Assembly: GCA_900317315.1 (NCBI GenBank)
Contig: ONGI01000002.1
Location: 1-56,895 of the forward strand
Length of the DNA stretch: 56,895 nt
DNA from: an uncultured Eubacteriales bacterium
GTDB taxonomy: Bacteria; Bacillota; Clostridia; Oscillospirales; Acutalibacteraceae
Direction: 5' to 3'
Part shown: one piece after another, positions 27,698 to 39,104 of the stretch
Numbering within the stretch: position 1 is the stretch's first letter
How the letters are laid out: the number at the start of each line of letters is the position of its first letter
Notes under the pieces: model-generated
Seen by the model: only the letters and a program-made list of their open reading frames with translations
What the model was told of the DNA's origin: nothing
The model's database searches: none
Position numbers and translations under genes: made by a program

Positions 27698-29683
27698 TCA
27701 GCTTACGTCGAGCTGGTCGATGTATTCGCTGCCGTGCTCGACGATGTAATCTTTTCGCGCCTGCAAATTGTTGCCGATCAAAATATCAAAGATCGCGGCG
27801 GTCTGCTCCGCGTCGTCGGGCATGATCTTGATCAAACGGCGCGTTTTGGGGTTCATCGTGGTAAAGTTCATCATATCAGGTTCGTTTTCACCGAGACCCT
27901 TGCTGCGCTGGATGGTATATTTTTCGTCGCCGATCTCCTTGATGAACTGCTCCTTCTCGGCTTCGTCGTAGGCAAAATACACCTGGTTTTTGGTGGTGAT
28001 CTCGTACAGCGGCGATTCGGCGATAAACACCTTTCCTTCGCGTATCAGCGTAGGTGTGAGGCGGTAGAGCATGGTCAGCAGCATGGTGCGGATATGAAAG
28101 CCGTCCACGTCGGCATCGGTGCAGATGATGACCTTGCTCCAGCGCAGTGCATCCAAATCAAACAAAGAGAGGTTCTTGTTCGCCTTTGACTTGACCTCGA
28201 CGCCGCAGCCCAGCACACGGAGCAGATCGGTGATGATGTCGCTTTTGAAAATACGGTCATAATCGACCTTTAGGCAGTTGAGGATCTTGCCGCGGATGGG
28301 CATGATCGCCTGAAAATCGGCGTTACGCGCGAGCACGCAGGCGCCCTTTGCGGAGTCGCCCTCTACGATAAATAATTCCCGTTCAGAAATATCCTTGCTG
28401 CGGCAGTCCATAAACTTCTCGACGCGGTTGGTGATGTCGAGATTGCGCGAGAGATTCTTTTTGATGTTCAAACGCGTTTTTTCGGCGTTCTCGCGGCTGC
28501 GCTTGTTGATGAGCACCTGCTCCGCGATCTTGTCTGCCTCGAGCGGGTTCTCGATAAAATAGACCTCTAAGCTCTGCCGCAGAAAGGCGGTCATGGCGTC
28601 CTGGATGCCCTTGTTGGTGACCGCCTTTTTGGTCTGGTTGGCGTAGGACGCGATATTCGAAAAGGACGAGATGACGCAGACCAAGCAGTCGGCGATGTCG
28701 TCAAAGGTGATTTTTTTGTCGGTCTTGTTATATTTGTTGGTGCTTTTCAGGTAGCTGTCGATCTGATAGGTAAAGGCGTTGCGCACTGCCTTGTCGGGTG
28801 CGCCGCCGTGCTCCAGCCAGCTGGAATTGTGGTAGTATTCGGTGGCGCTGACCTTGTTGGAAAAGGCGACAGCGATGTCCATCTTGCACTTGTATTCGGG
28901 CTTGTCGTCGCGGTCGCGCGTCTTGACCTCGGTCGTCCAGTGCTGCACGCCGGTCAGCCCGTCCTCGCCGACAAGCTCCGCCACATGGTCGGAAACACCG
29001 TTCATATACTGAAACACCGTGGTGTCAAAGCTTCTGCCGTTTTGGTTGCGGAAAACGAACTCTACGCCTGCGTTGACGATCGCCTGCCGTTTCATCACAT
29101 CGAGAAAGTATTCGGGCGGGATATTGACGTCTGTAAAGACCTCCAGATCGGGCTTCCAGGTGATCTTGGTGCCGGTGTCCTTTTTGCTGTAGGGCTCCTT
29201 TTTCAAGCCGCCGACATTCTCGCCCTTTTCAAAATGCAGCGTGTAGCGCATGCCGTCGCGGCGAATATCGACGTCCATATATTCGGAGCTGTACTGCGTG
29301 GAGCACAGACCGAGACCGTTCATGCCGAGCGAGAATTCATAGCTCTCGCCCTCGTTGTTGCCGTACTTGCCGCCGGCGTACATTTCGCAGAACACCAGCT
29401 CCCAGTTGTAGCGCTGTTCCTTCTCGTTGAAATCGACGGGAATGCCTCTGCCGTAATCCTCGACCTCAATCGCGCCGTTTGAAAAACGCGTCACGATAAT
29501 CTTTTTGCCGTGACCCTCGCGTGCTTCGTCGATGGAGTTGGAGAGGATTTCAAACACCGAATGCTCGCAGCCGTCGAGTCCGTCGGAACCGAAGATGACC
29601 GAAGGACGCTTGCGCACACGCTCGGCGCCCTTTAGCGTGGTGATGCTTTCGTTGCCGTATGCCTGCTGTTTTTTTCTTGCCAT
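27698..29683 (-). CDS. Type IIA topoisomerase subunit B (ParE/GyrB-like)
   Basis: EILSNSIDE, DYGRGIP, EGDSA, PIRGKILN, TDADVDG, KGLGE. Confidence 0.92.
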   Translation of the reverse strand: MARKKQQAYGNESITTLKGAERVRKRPSVIFGSDGLDGCEHSVFEILSNSIDEAREGHGKKIIVTRFSNGAIEVEDYGRGIPVDFNEKEQRYNWELVFCEMYAGGKYGNNEGESYEFSLGMNGLGLCSTQYSSEYMDVDIRRDGMRYTLHFEKGENVGGLKKEPYSKKDTGTKITWKPDLEVFTDVNIPPEYFLDVMKRQAIVNAGVEFVFRNQNGRSFDTTVFQYMNGVSDHVAELVGEDGLTGVQHWTTEVKTRDRDDKPEYKCKMDIAVAFSNKVSATEYYHNSSWLEHGGAPDKAVRNAFTYQIDSYLKSTNKYNKTDKKITFDDIADCLVCVISSFSNIASYANQTKKAVTNKGIQDAMTAFLRQSLEVYFIENPLEADKIAEQVLINKRSRENAEKTRLNIKKNLSRNLDITNRVEKFMDCRSKDISERELFIVEGDSAKGACVLARNADFQAIMPIRGKILNCLKVDYDRIFKSDIITDLLRVLGCGVEVKSKANKNLSLFDLDALRWSKVIICTDADVDGFHIRTMLLTMLYRLTPTLIREGKVFIAESPLYEITTKNQVYFAYDEAEKEQFIKEIGDEKYTIQRSKGLGENEPDMMNFTTMNPKTRRLIKIMPDDAEQTAAIFDILIGNNLQARKDYIVEHGSEYIDQLDVS

Positions 29684-29769
29684 ATACTACTTCCTTATTT
29701 GATAATGCGGGACAGGCTTCTTTCCCAACCGCAATCAAGCATGATGCATTGTGAAATGAAATCCCACTT

Positions 29770-31723
<1,954 letters not shown>

Positions 31724-31734
<11 letters not shown>

Positions 31735-32446
31735 AACGTTTGTTGACAAAAACCTTGGAAAGCTGTTTGTGTGAACGGATAGAAAAATAATCGTTTGAGG
31801 TGATGACCAAGTGATCGACCAGTATCACGCCGATACCGTCCAGCGTGACGGAGATCATGTGCGTGGTCTCGACGTCCTGCCGCGAGGGAACGCACATCTC
31901 ACTCGGGTGATTGTGTGCCAGATACACATATTTTGCGTTGTGGCGCAGCGCCAGATCCACGATCTTCCGTATCGGCGATTCGGTGGCGGAAACAGAGCCC
32001 TCGGCGATGATCTCGCACAGGATCAGCCTGTCATTGGAATCCGCCAGCGCGATCGCCGACTTTTCGACCGTGGCGCCGATGAACTTTTTTCGGAGTATTT
32101 CCGGCGCGTTTTTCATGTTAATATGGTCGACCAGTGTTTTGGTTTCGGAATAAGTGCGTGCCAGCTCGGGTATCATTTTCAGCAGGACAGCGGCGGATTC
32201 GCTCATACCAAAATCCCTTTGCAGCTCGTCAACAGGTGAATCGCACACCTTGGCAAACGAGCCGTAGCGATCCAGCAGTCGGTGCGCCAGCGGATTGGTG
32301 TCCTTTCGCGGGATCGCATAATACAGCAGTATCTCCAAGATCTCATGCTGCTGCATTCCCTGAAATCCATAATCTATAAACCGCTGTTTCATGCGCTGGC
32401 GGTGTCCGGCATGCAGATTCTTTTCCTTTTCCTGTTTGTCCGCCAT
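31724..32446 (-). CDS. radC: RadC-family JAB domain protein
   Basis: [13 protein letters not shown]-like segment with PRKDTN, AHNHPS..PS..D, DHLVI. Confidence 0.9.
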
Positions 32447-33120
32447 TATTTTACGCCGTATTGTTCGTAATAAGCGTCGATAGCCGCCTTGAGCGTATCG
32501 TCGATGATCACCTTGCCCTTGTATTCTCTGTTATAGAGGTGCTCCACGACCTCCGCCATGGTGACGATCGCGGTGGTTTGCAGACCGTATTTCTCCTCGA
32601 TCTCAGCCAAGGCGCTCTTCTCGCCCTTGCCGCGCTCCATGCGGTCAACGGACACGACCAAGCCCACCGGCGTCACATCGCCCTGCGCCTTGATGATGGG
32701 GAGCGTCTCCTCGATAGAGGTGCCGGCGGTGGTGACGTCCTCAATGATCACGACCTTGTCGCCGTCGTTGATCGGGCTGCCAAGCAAAATGCCCTTGTCG
32801 CCGTGATCCTTGACCTCCTTGCGGTTGGAGCAGTAGCGGATGTCGGCGCCGTATTTTTCGCTGATGGCAATGGTAGCCGCGACCGAAAGCGGGATGCCCT
32901 TGTAGGCGGGGCCGAACAGCACATCAAAGTCAAGACCGAACTTGTCCCTGATCGCCTCGGCATAATAAGCGCCCAGACGTCTGAGCTGCGCGCCGGTGCG
33001 ATAAAAGCCGGTGTTGACAAAGAACGGTGTTTTTCTGCCGCTCTTGGTGACAAAATCACCGAATTTCAGCACGTTGCAGTCTACCATGAATTCAATAAAT
33101 TCCTTTTTGTAAGCTTCCAT
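32446..33120 (-). CDS. pyrE: Orotate phosphoribosyltransferase
   Basis: FGDFVTKSGR, FGPAYKGIP, NRKEVKDHGD, IIEDVTTAGTS; GGAGG RBS before ATG 33120. Confidence 0.96.
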   Translation of the reverse strand: MEAYKKEFIEFMVDCNVLKFGDFVTKSGRKTPFFVNTGFYRTGAQLRRLGAYYAEAIRDKFGLDFDVLFGPAYKGIPLSVAATIAISEKYGADIRYCSNRKEVKDHGDKGILLGSPINDGDKVVIIEDVTTAGTSIEETLPIIKAQGDVTPVGLVVSVDRMERGKGEKSALAEIEEKYGLQTTAIVTMAEVVEHLYNREYKGKVIIDDTLKAAIDAYYEQYGVK

Positions 33121-33167
33121 AATGTCCTCCGTAATCAAATATTTGTTTGCATATTTTTACAAATACC

Positions 33168-33196
33168 ATTTTACCACAATATATAGCGTTTGTAAA
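33168..33196 (-). promoter_or_regulatory. sigmaA-type promoter of pyrE-radC-uvrB
   Basis: TTTACA-17-TAAAAT with TGn extension. Confidence 0.55.
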
Positions 33197-33261
33197 CCCT
33201 AAAAGCCACATTTTATTTTAAAAGCTAATAATCGGGATTTGGTATTCGTGCACAATTGCGC

Positions 33262-33297
33262 AAAAAGACAAAGACACGCCGAAGCGTGCCCTTGCCT
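33262..33297 (-). terminator. thi ABC operon terminator
   Basis: AGGCAAGGGCACGC-TTCG-GCGTGTCTTTGTCT then TTTT. Confidence 0.8.
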
Positions 33298-33306
33298 GTC
33301 CATGTA

Positions 33307-34047
33307 TTACTGTAATTTGGAAATAATCTGTTTTTTATACTGCAAAAACTCCTCGGTGAGATTAAAATCCCTGCGCCGCGGCTTTGGCTCCCTGATCACG
33401 ATCTCGTCGGTGATGGTGCCGGGTCTGCCGCGCAGCAGACAAATGCGATCGGAGAGCAAGATCGCCTCGTCCACATCATGGGTGATGAAGATGGTGGACA
33501 GCTTGATCTCGTCCATCACATCGAGGTACCAGCGGTGCATCTCGCTCTTTGTCAGGGTGTCGAGCGCGCTGAACGGTTCGTCGAGCAGCGCGACCGAGCC
33601 GCCGAACATATAGGTGCGCAGCAGTGCCGCGCGCTGGCGCATACCTCCCGAAAGCTCCGCCGGATAGCGCTTTTGCGTGCCGTCGATGCCAAAGGCGGCA
33701 AAGTGCCTGCCGACGATTTGCCGCGCCTCTTTTTTCTTCACGCCCTTGATGATCAGCGGCAGCGCCACGTTGTCCTCTACCGTGCGAAACGGCAGGAGCA
33801 TATCCTTTTGGAGCATGTAGCTGATTTTGCCGGACTGACCCGTGATGTCCTCTCCGCCGAGGAGCACCTTGCCCGTTTGCGGACGGTTCAGTCCCGCAAT
33901 GACATTGAACAGCGTGGTCTTGCCGCCGCCGCTCACGCCGAGCAGACAAATCAGCTCTCCCTCATGCAGCGTGAGGTTGAGGTTTTCGAGAATATTGGTT
34001 TTTCCGTCATAGGAAAAGCTGACGCTTTGAATGTCGAGCGCGTGCAT
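33307..34047 (-). CDS. ABC transporter ATPase (ThiZ/SsuB-like)
   Basis: GVSGGGKT, LSGGMRQR, LLDEPFSALD. Confidence 0.93.
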   Translation of the reverse strand: MHALDIQSVSFSYDGKTNILENLNLTLHEGELICLLGVSGGGKTTLFNVIAGLNRPQTGKVLLGGEDITGQSGKISYMLQKDMLLPFRTVEDNVALPLIIKGVKKKEARQIVGRHFAAFGIDGTQKRYPAELSGGMRQRAALLRTYMFGGSVALLDEPFSALDTLTKSEMHRWYLDVMDEIKLSTIFITHDVDEAILLSDRICLLRGRPGTITDEIVIREPKPRRRDFNLTEEFLQYKKQIISKLQ

Positions 34048-34049
34048 GC

Positions 34050-35108
34050 TTACACCAGATAATCGTTGGTAAAGCCGGTGTTCTCGGCGATTTTTTCCTC
34101 AAACAGATCGTTGTCGTTGATCCAGTTATAGAAGGCGTTCCAACGCTCGGGATCCATGTAGCCCCACTTCTCGACGTCCGCCTTGTATTCCTTGGAAAGA
34201 TACTGCTGGCTCGCCTTGACCAGTGTGCTGTCGAGCTCCGGCGCAGCCTTTAAGAGGATGTCGGCAGCCTCGTCGGGATGGTCGATGGCAAACTCATAGC
34301 CTTTTTTCAGGGCGCTGAGGAAGCGCATGGTCTGGGTGGCGTTTTGCTGCATCCAGTCGATATTGCCGACGACGACGGGCGTATAGTAGTCAAATACAGG
34401 GTCGATGTCCTTGAAGGCGAAATAGTCGGTCTCGAGTCCGGCGACCTCGGTGGCAACGCCTGCCCAGCCGTAGAACACCCAGATAGCGTCCACCTGCTTG
34501 CTTTGCAGGGCGGAGACCTCGTCGGTGACGGTGGAGGGGATCAGCTTGACCTTGGAGAAGTCGCCGCCGTCCTTTTCCACCACGGTTTTGAGGGTCGCCT
34601 TTTCGATCGGCAGATCCCAGGTGGCGTAGGTTTTGCCCTCCATGCCCTTGGGCTTGTCCATGCCGTTGCCCTTGAGCGAAATGATGCCGGAGGTGTTGTG
34701 CTGTACCAGCGCGGCGACCGCCTCGATCGGCACCTTGCCCTCGCCTGCGACGGCAGGCAGCATGCTGTCCTGGAACGAAACGCCGAACTGTGCCTTGCCG
34801 GAGCCTACCAGCATTTCGGCGCCGTCCTCGGGCGGCTGCACGATCTCTACCTCCAGACCGGCGTCGTCAAAATAGCCCTTATCCTGTGCGACATACAGAC
34901 CGGTGTGGTTGGTGTTGGGCGTCCAGTCGAGCACAAAGGTGATCTTTGTTTTGTCGGAGGAATCGGCGGTTGCCGGTGAATCCTTGGTTGCGGATTCACC
35001 GGCCGCCTCGCTCTTGGTCTCGCTTTTTTGGTTATTTGCCGCGCAGCCTGCCGCAACGCCCAACAGGAGCGCACAGGCAAGCAGAACAGCTGAAAGTCTT
35101 TTTTTCAT
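34050..35108 (-). CDS. ThiY/NMT1-like substrate-binding lipoprotein
   Basis: Lipobox AAGC; LDWTPNTNHTGLYVA; downstream of a TPP riboswitch. Confidence 0.9.
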   Translation of the reverse strand: MKKRLSAVLLACALLLGVAAGCAANNQKSETKSEAAGESATKDSPATADSSDKTKITFVLDWTPNTNHTGLYVAQDKGYFDDAGLEVEIVQPPEDGAEMLVGSGKAQFGVSFQDSMLPAVAGEGKVPIEAVAALVQHNTSGIISLKGNGMDKPKGMEGKTYATWDLPIEKATLKTVVEKDGGDFSKVKLIPSTVTDEVSALQSKQVDAIWVFYGWAGVATEVAGLETDYFAFKDIDPVFDYYTPVVVGNIDWMQQNATQTMRFLSALKKGYEFAIDHPDEAADILLKAAPELDSTLVKASQQYLSKEYKADVEKWGYMDPERWNAFYNWINDNDLFEEKIAENTGFTNDYLV

Positions 35109-35890
35109 TGGTTTCTCCTTTTTTGATTAATTTTATCCCACGGCATGCACGCGTGCTGAATGATATGCGTGAGCCATATTAATAGCAGACTCAGTACGGA
35201 AATCAAAATGATGACCGCAAACATTTTGTCGGACGAAAAGGATTTGCGCACCCTTGTCATGTAGCAGCCGAGGCCCTCGGTGCCGCCGATCCATTCGGAG
35301 ACGACCGCGCTGACGACCGCATAGCTTACCGAGATTTTCAGGCTTGAAAAGAACTGTCCCAGCGAATTTGGCAGCTTGACATAACGAAAAATCTGTATAT
35401 CGGACGCGCCCATTGTCCGCATCAGGTTGACCGTGTCCGCGTCCACCGACGCAAAGCCCTCCAGCAGGCTGATGGCTATCGGAAAGAACACGACCAGCAC
35501 AATCAGAATAATCTTGGGCAGCATTTGATAGCCCAGCCAGATAACGAGCAGCGGCGCGATGGCGATGGTGGGAATGGTTTGGCTGATGACAATCAGCGGA
35601 TAGAGCATTTTGCGGACAAGGCTGATTTTGTCCATGATGACCGCCATCAAAAAGCCCGTCAGTATGCCGAAAAACAAGCCGATAAAGGTCTCCGCCAGCG
35701 TGACGCGCGCATGCGAGAGCATGAGCTGCCAATCCTTTTGAAAGGCGGCGAGCACATCGCCCGGCGAGGGCAGCATATACTTGGGTACGCTGCCAAAGGC
35801 GCAGATGCAGTACCATGCCAAAAAAATGAGCAGCAGTGCGGCGAGCGGCGGCAGAACCTTATTGATGGTGCTTCGTAACTTTTCTTTCAA
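35105..35890 (-). CDS. ABC transporter permease (ThiX-like)
   Basis: LPSP, QTIPTIAIAPLL, AVVSEW.G...GLG. Confidence 0.9.
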   Translation of the reverse strand: MKEKLRSTINKVLPPLAALLLIFLAWYCICAFGSVPKYMLPSPGDVLAAFQKDWQLMLSHARVTLAETFIGLFFGILTGFLMAVIMDKISLVRKMLYPLIVISQTIPTIAIAPLLVIWLGYQMLPKIILIVLVVFFPIAISLLEGFASVDADTVNLMRTMGASDIQIFRYVKLPNSLGQFFSSLKISVSYAVVSAVVSEWIGGTEGLGCYMTRVRKSFSSDKMFAVIILISVLSLLLIWLTHIIQHACMPWDKINQKRRNQ

Positions 35891-36155
35891 TCGTCAGCAC
35901 ATCTCCCTCCGGACGGTAATCGACCTTGATGTAGGCGAGCACGGAAGGCGCGCCTGCGCGAATGGCGATGTGCTGGCACTCCTTGACGATGTCCATCAGC
36001 TCATCATAGTCACCCTCGATAGCGGTTTCAAAGGGACCCACATAGCACTTTAGTCCGGTGCTTTTGATATAGGCGATCACCTCATCCACGATGCGGATGA
36101 GCTCTTCGTCGTTTTTGGCTTCGGGAAGGGTTTGGATCGCAACGCTTGCGTTCAT
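35859..36155 (-). CDS. Thiamine-binding protein (DUF77/MTH1187/YkoF-like)
   Basis: VDEVIAYIKSTGL...VGPFETAIEG; AGGAG RBS before ATG 36155. Confidence 0.88.
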   Translation of the reverse strand: MNASVAIQTLPEAKNDEELIRIVDEVIAYIKSTGLKCYVGPFETAIEGDYDELMDIVKECQHIAIRAGAPSVLAYIKVDYRPEGDVLTIERKVTKHHQ

Positions 36156-36169
36156 AAAAACATCTCCTA

Positions 36170-36206
36170 AAAAAATTAAAGCGCTGCGGAAAACGCAACG
36201 CTTTTT
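36170..36206 (-). terminator. Riboswitch expression-platform terminator
   Basis: AAAGCGTTGCG-loop-CGCAGCGCTTT then AATTTTTTT, between the aptamer and the first gene. Confidence 0.65.
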
Positions 36207-36217
36207 TACGAAACTAT

Positions 36218-36307
36218 GACAGCTTCCTACGTCGGCATGATCCGCATCAGGTATAAGGGTCAAGGCAACAGCCTACTCTCAGTCCGCTTGGACGGACTCC
36301 CCTGCTT
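36218..36307 (-). ncRNA. TPP riboswitch
   Basis: GGGGAGTCCG..CGGACTGAGAG..GACCCTTATACCTGAT..GGATCATGCC..CGTAGGAA upstream of thiamine-precursor transport genes; TTGACA-17-TAAACT promoter at 36316-36344. Confidence 0.96.
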
Positions 36308-36348
36308 CGCTTTATAGTTTAGTACGAACAGATAAATTTGTCAAGTGT

Positions 36349-37464
36349 TTATTTGAAAAATTGATAGATCTGACATTTCAGCATGCCGTTATAGGTCTTG
36401 CGGCGCTTGTCCGCCTTTCTGCCGAAGATCTTTTCAAAATCGTCGTCGGGCGTGATTACGGTGTAGCGCTTGCCCTTTTCATGCTTGAAGCGCTGTCCCA
36501 TCACGGCATAGAGCGCCTCGGCGGTGTTCAGATCGAGCAGCCGCTCGCCGTAGGGCGGATTGGTGATGACCGTGCAGTAGCCCTCCGGTACCGCAAAATC
36601 GCGTATGTCGCGTTTTTGAAAGGTGATGCGGTCGCCTACGCCTGCCACCTCCGCGTTGTGTTTGGCGATCGCAAGCGCGGCTTCGTCGATATCATAGCCC
36701 TCTGCACGAAACGGACAGTCCCGGTCGATCTTGGCACGCGCCGCCTCCCGCTCGGCTTCAAAAACGCCGTCCGGCACGCAGCCCCATTCCTCGGCGGCAA
36801 AACGGCGCGTCAGTCCCGGTGCGATTTTGAGCGCCTTCATGGCGGCTTCGATCAAAATGGTGCCGCTGCCGCACATCGGGTCAACGACAAAATGGTTGCG
36901 CCGCACGCCGGACATCTCCACCATCGCCGCCGCCAGCGTCTCCTTGAGCGGCGCGTCGTTTGCCTGTGCGCGGTAGCCGCGCTTGTGCAGTCCGGCGCCG
37001 GTGGTGTCGAGCAGCATGCTCACGCGGTCGTTCATCACCAAAAACTGGATCTGGTGCACCGCGCCCGTCTCCTCGAACCAAGAGAGCATATAACGCGCCG
37101 AAAGGCTGTTGACGACCGCCTTTTTGATGATTTTTTGGCAGTCGGTCATGCTCATCAGCTGTGATTTCAGGCAGCTGCCCTTGACAGGAAACGCGTCGTT
37201 GGGACCGATAAAATCCGCCCAGTTCAACGCCTTTACACGGTTGAAAAGCTCCTCAAAGCTGACGGCGCGAAACTCGCCGAGCAAAATCTGAATGCGTTCG
37301 GCGTAGTGCGCGTTGATGTTGGCGCGCGCCATGGCGGAAAAATCGCCGTCAAACAGCACCCTGCCGTTTTCGGCGCGGACATTATTAAGCCCCAAAAAAC
37401 GGAATTCGTTGGCGCAGTAGCCCTCCAAGCCGAAAATGCAGGGCGCGCAAAAGGTCATTTTCAT
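36349..37464 (-). CDS. THUMP-domain class I SAM RNA methyltransferase (RlmL/YpsC-like)
   Basis: LHKRGYR, APLKETLAA, DPMCGSGT, TNPPYGERL. Confidence 0.92.
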   Translation of the reverse strand: MKMTFCAPCIFGLEGYCANEFRFLGLNNVRAENGRVLFDGDFSAMARANINAHYAERIQILLGEFRAVSFEELFNRVKALNWADFIGPNDAFPVKGSCLKSQLMSMTDCQKIIKKAVVNSLSARYMLSWFEETGAVHQIQFLVMNDRVSMLLDTTGAGLHKRGYRAQANDAPLKETLAAAMVEMSGVRRNHFVVDPMCGSGTILIEAAMKALKIAPGLTRRFAAEEWGCVPDGVFEAEREAARAKIDRDCPFRAEGYDIDEAALAIAKHNAEVAGVGDRITFQKRDIRDFAVPEGYCTVITNPPYGERLLDLNTAEALYAVMGQRFKHEKGKRYTVITPDDDFEKIFGRKADKRRKTYNGMLKCQIYQFFK

Positions 37465-37473
37465 AGTTCCTCC

Positions 37474-37505
37474 AAAAACAGAGGGTATCGGATAACCGAT
37501 ACCCT
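37474..37505 (-). terminator. hpf terminator
   Basis: AGGGTATCGG-N4-CCGATACCCT then CTGTTTTT. Confidence 0.7.
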
Positions 37506-37524
37506 TCCCTGTGTTTATTCGTTG

Positions 37525-38061
37525 TCAGTCCTTTGTCGGCTCCAGCACGCCGTAGTTGCCGTTGGCGCGTCTGTAGACGACGTTCATCTCGTCGGTCTCG
37601 GCGTTGATGAACATGAAGAAGTCGTGGTTGATCATGTTCATTTCGAGGATCGCTTCTTCAACGTTGATGGGCTTGAGCATTACCTGCTTTTTGCGGACGA
37701 CCTGATACTCCTCCTCAGGCTCCTCCTGTGCAGGCATATCTGCGGTGAGTGCGTCGATGCTGCCTGCCTTGACGCGCTTTTCGAGACGCGTTTTGTTCTT
37801 GCGGATCTGGCGCATCAAAATGTCAACCACGCGGTCGAGCGCGTCGTTCATCTCGGACATGGTGCTCTCGGCGCGATAAATCATCTTGTTGTCGCGGATG
37901 GTGATCTCCACCGTCTGACGGTTCTTTTCCACCGTCACCACCACATGGGCTTCCGCCTTGTCGGAAAAAATCTTTTGGAACTTGGCGAGCTTTTTCTCCA
38001 CGCGCTCCTTAAAATTATCCCGTAATGTGACCTTTCTGGCTGTGTAGGTAATCGTCATCAT
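37525..38061 (-). CDS. hpf: Ribosome hibernation promoting factor (long HPF/RaiA)
   Basis: RQIRKNKTRL, KP...EEAILEM....HDFFMF.N......VVYRR..G.YG. Confidence 0.94.
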   Translation of the reverse strand: MMTITYTARKVTLRDNFKERVEKKLAKFQKIFSDKAEAHVVVTVEKNRQTVEITIRDNKMIYRAESTMSEMNDALDRVVDILMRQIRKNKTRLEKRVKAGSIDALTADMPAQEEPEEEYQVVRKKQVMLKPINVEEAILEMNMINHDFFMFINAETDEMNVVYRRANGNYGVLEPTKD

Positions 38062-38160
38062 AAACCTCCTTCAGCCGCGCAGTGACCCTGCGCGTTGTGT
38101 TTTTGCATTCGAATATGGTACGCGCCGGCATGCGGCGGCGTAGGGTGCAGAGTGCGGAAG

Positions 38161-38643
38161 CTATCTTCTTCCGTTGCCGTTGCCGCGACGGCTGTAGCCG
38201 CGGCTCTCACCGCGCTTTAAGTCGGAGATTTTGTCCTCGCTGGTCTGCTTGAAGCGCGACATCATGTCCTCAAAGCTGGAGGGCGACGCCTTGCGCGAGC
38301 TCTGCCACTCGTAGTCACCGGGCGACTTGACCGGCGGCGCAGGCTTGTAGGGCTGGCGGTTTTGGCTGCGCTGCTGCTGTTTTTGCTTTTGCGGCTTTTT
38401 TTGCTGTTCTCTGGGCAGTGCCTGCTTCAGGGACAGGCTGATTTTACCATCGTTGACAGCGAGCACCTTCACCTTGACGATCTGACCGACCTTGACATAA
38501 TCGCTGATCTCCGTGATGAAGGTAGGTGCGACCTCAGAAATATGCACCATGCCCGTTTTGGATTCCGGCAAGTCGATAAACGCACCGAATTTTGTAATTC
38601 CGGAAACCTTTCCTTCTAAAATAGCTCCGACCTCAATTGCCAT
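38161..38643 (-). CDS. S1 RNA-binding protein (YabR-like)
   Basis: GKVSGITKFGAF..GMVHISEV, ISLSLKQA, SFEDMMSRF. Confidence 0.9.
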   Translation of the reverse strand: MAIEVGAILEGKVSGITKFGAFIDLPESKTGMVHISEVAPTFITEISDYVKVGQIVKVKVLAVNDGKISLSLKQALPREQQKKPQKQKQQQRSQNRQPYKPAPPVKSPGDYEWQSSRKASPSSFEDMMSRFKQTSEDKISDLKRGESRGYSRRGNGNGRR

Positions 38644-38690
38644 AAATTTTAATTTCCCCTCAATACCTTTGCAGTATGTTCTTTTGCCGT

Positions 38691-39104
38691 TTAGTCGCCT
38701 GCGACATTGATGAAAATGCGTTCACCCTCGCTGACGTAGCCAAGGTCCTCCTTGGCGATTTTTTCCATATACTCCGCCAGCTCATCGCCCTCATAGTTCT
38801 GAACCTTTTGGAGATAATCGGATTCTATCTCAACAACATTGATATGCTGCTGCAATTCACTTAGCTCTGCCCGCTTTTCGGCAATTTTTACATTCTGGTT
38901 GATGATGGTGATCACAGCGTAGAATACAAAGCCGATTGCCGCGATATAAAGCAAAACATAGCGCAGTCTGCGTTTTTTCCGTGGATTGTCAATAACCTTC
39001 GGTCCCTGCTCCACGGCGGTCTCTTCAACGCCTGCGGCTGCATTGGCGGCACTTGTTGACGGCGCCGCCGTTTTTTTTCGGGAGTTTCTTTTTTTTCTTA
39101 TCAT
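38691..39104 (-). CDS. divIC: Septum formation initiator DivIC/FtsB-like
   Basis: Basic N-terminus, TM, coiled coil, EKIAKEDLGYV..GE.IF; synteny after yabQ. Confidence 0.85.
   Translation of the reverse strand: MIRKKRNSRKKTAAPSTSAANAAAGVEETAVEQGPKVIDNPRKKRRLRYVLLYIAAIGFVFYAVITIINQNVKIAEKRAELSELQQHINVVEIESDYLQKVQNYEGDELAEYMEKIAKEDLGYVSEGERIFINVAGD

Noticed and set aside
33136-33149. LexA/Cheo box upstream of pyrE-radC-uvrB (CAAAC-AAAT-ATTTG)
   Set aside because: Three mismatches to GAAC-N4-GTTC in AT-rich DNA
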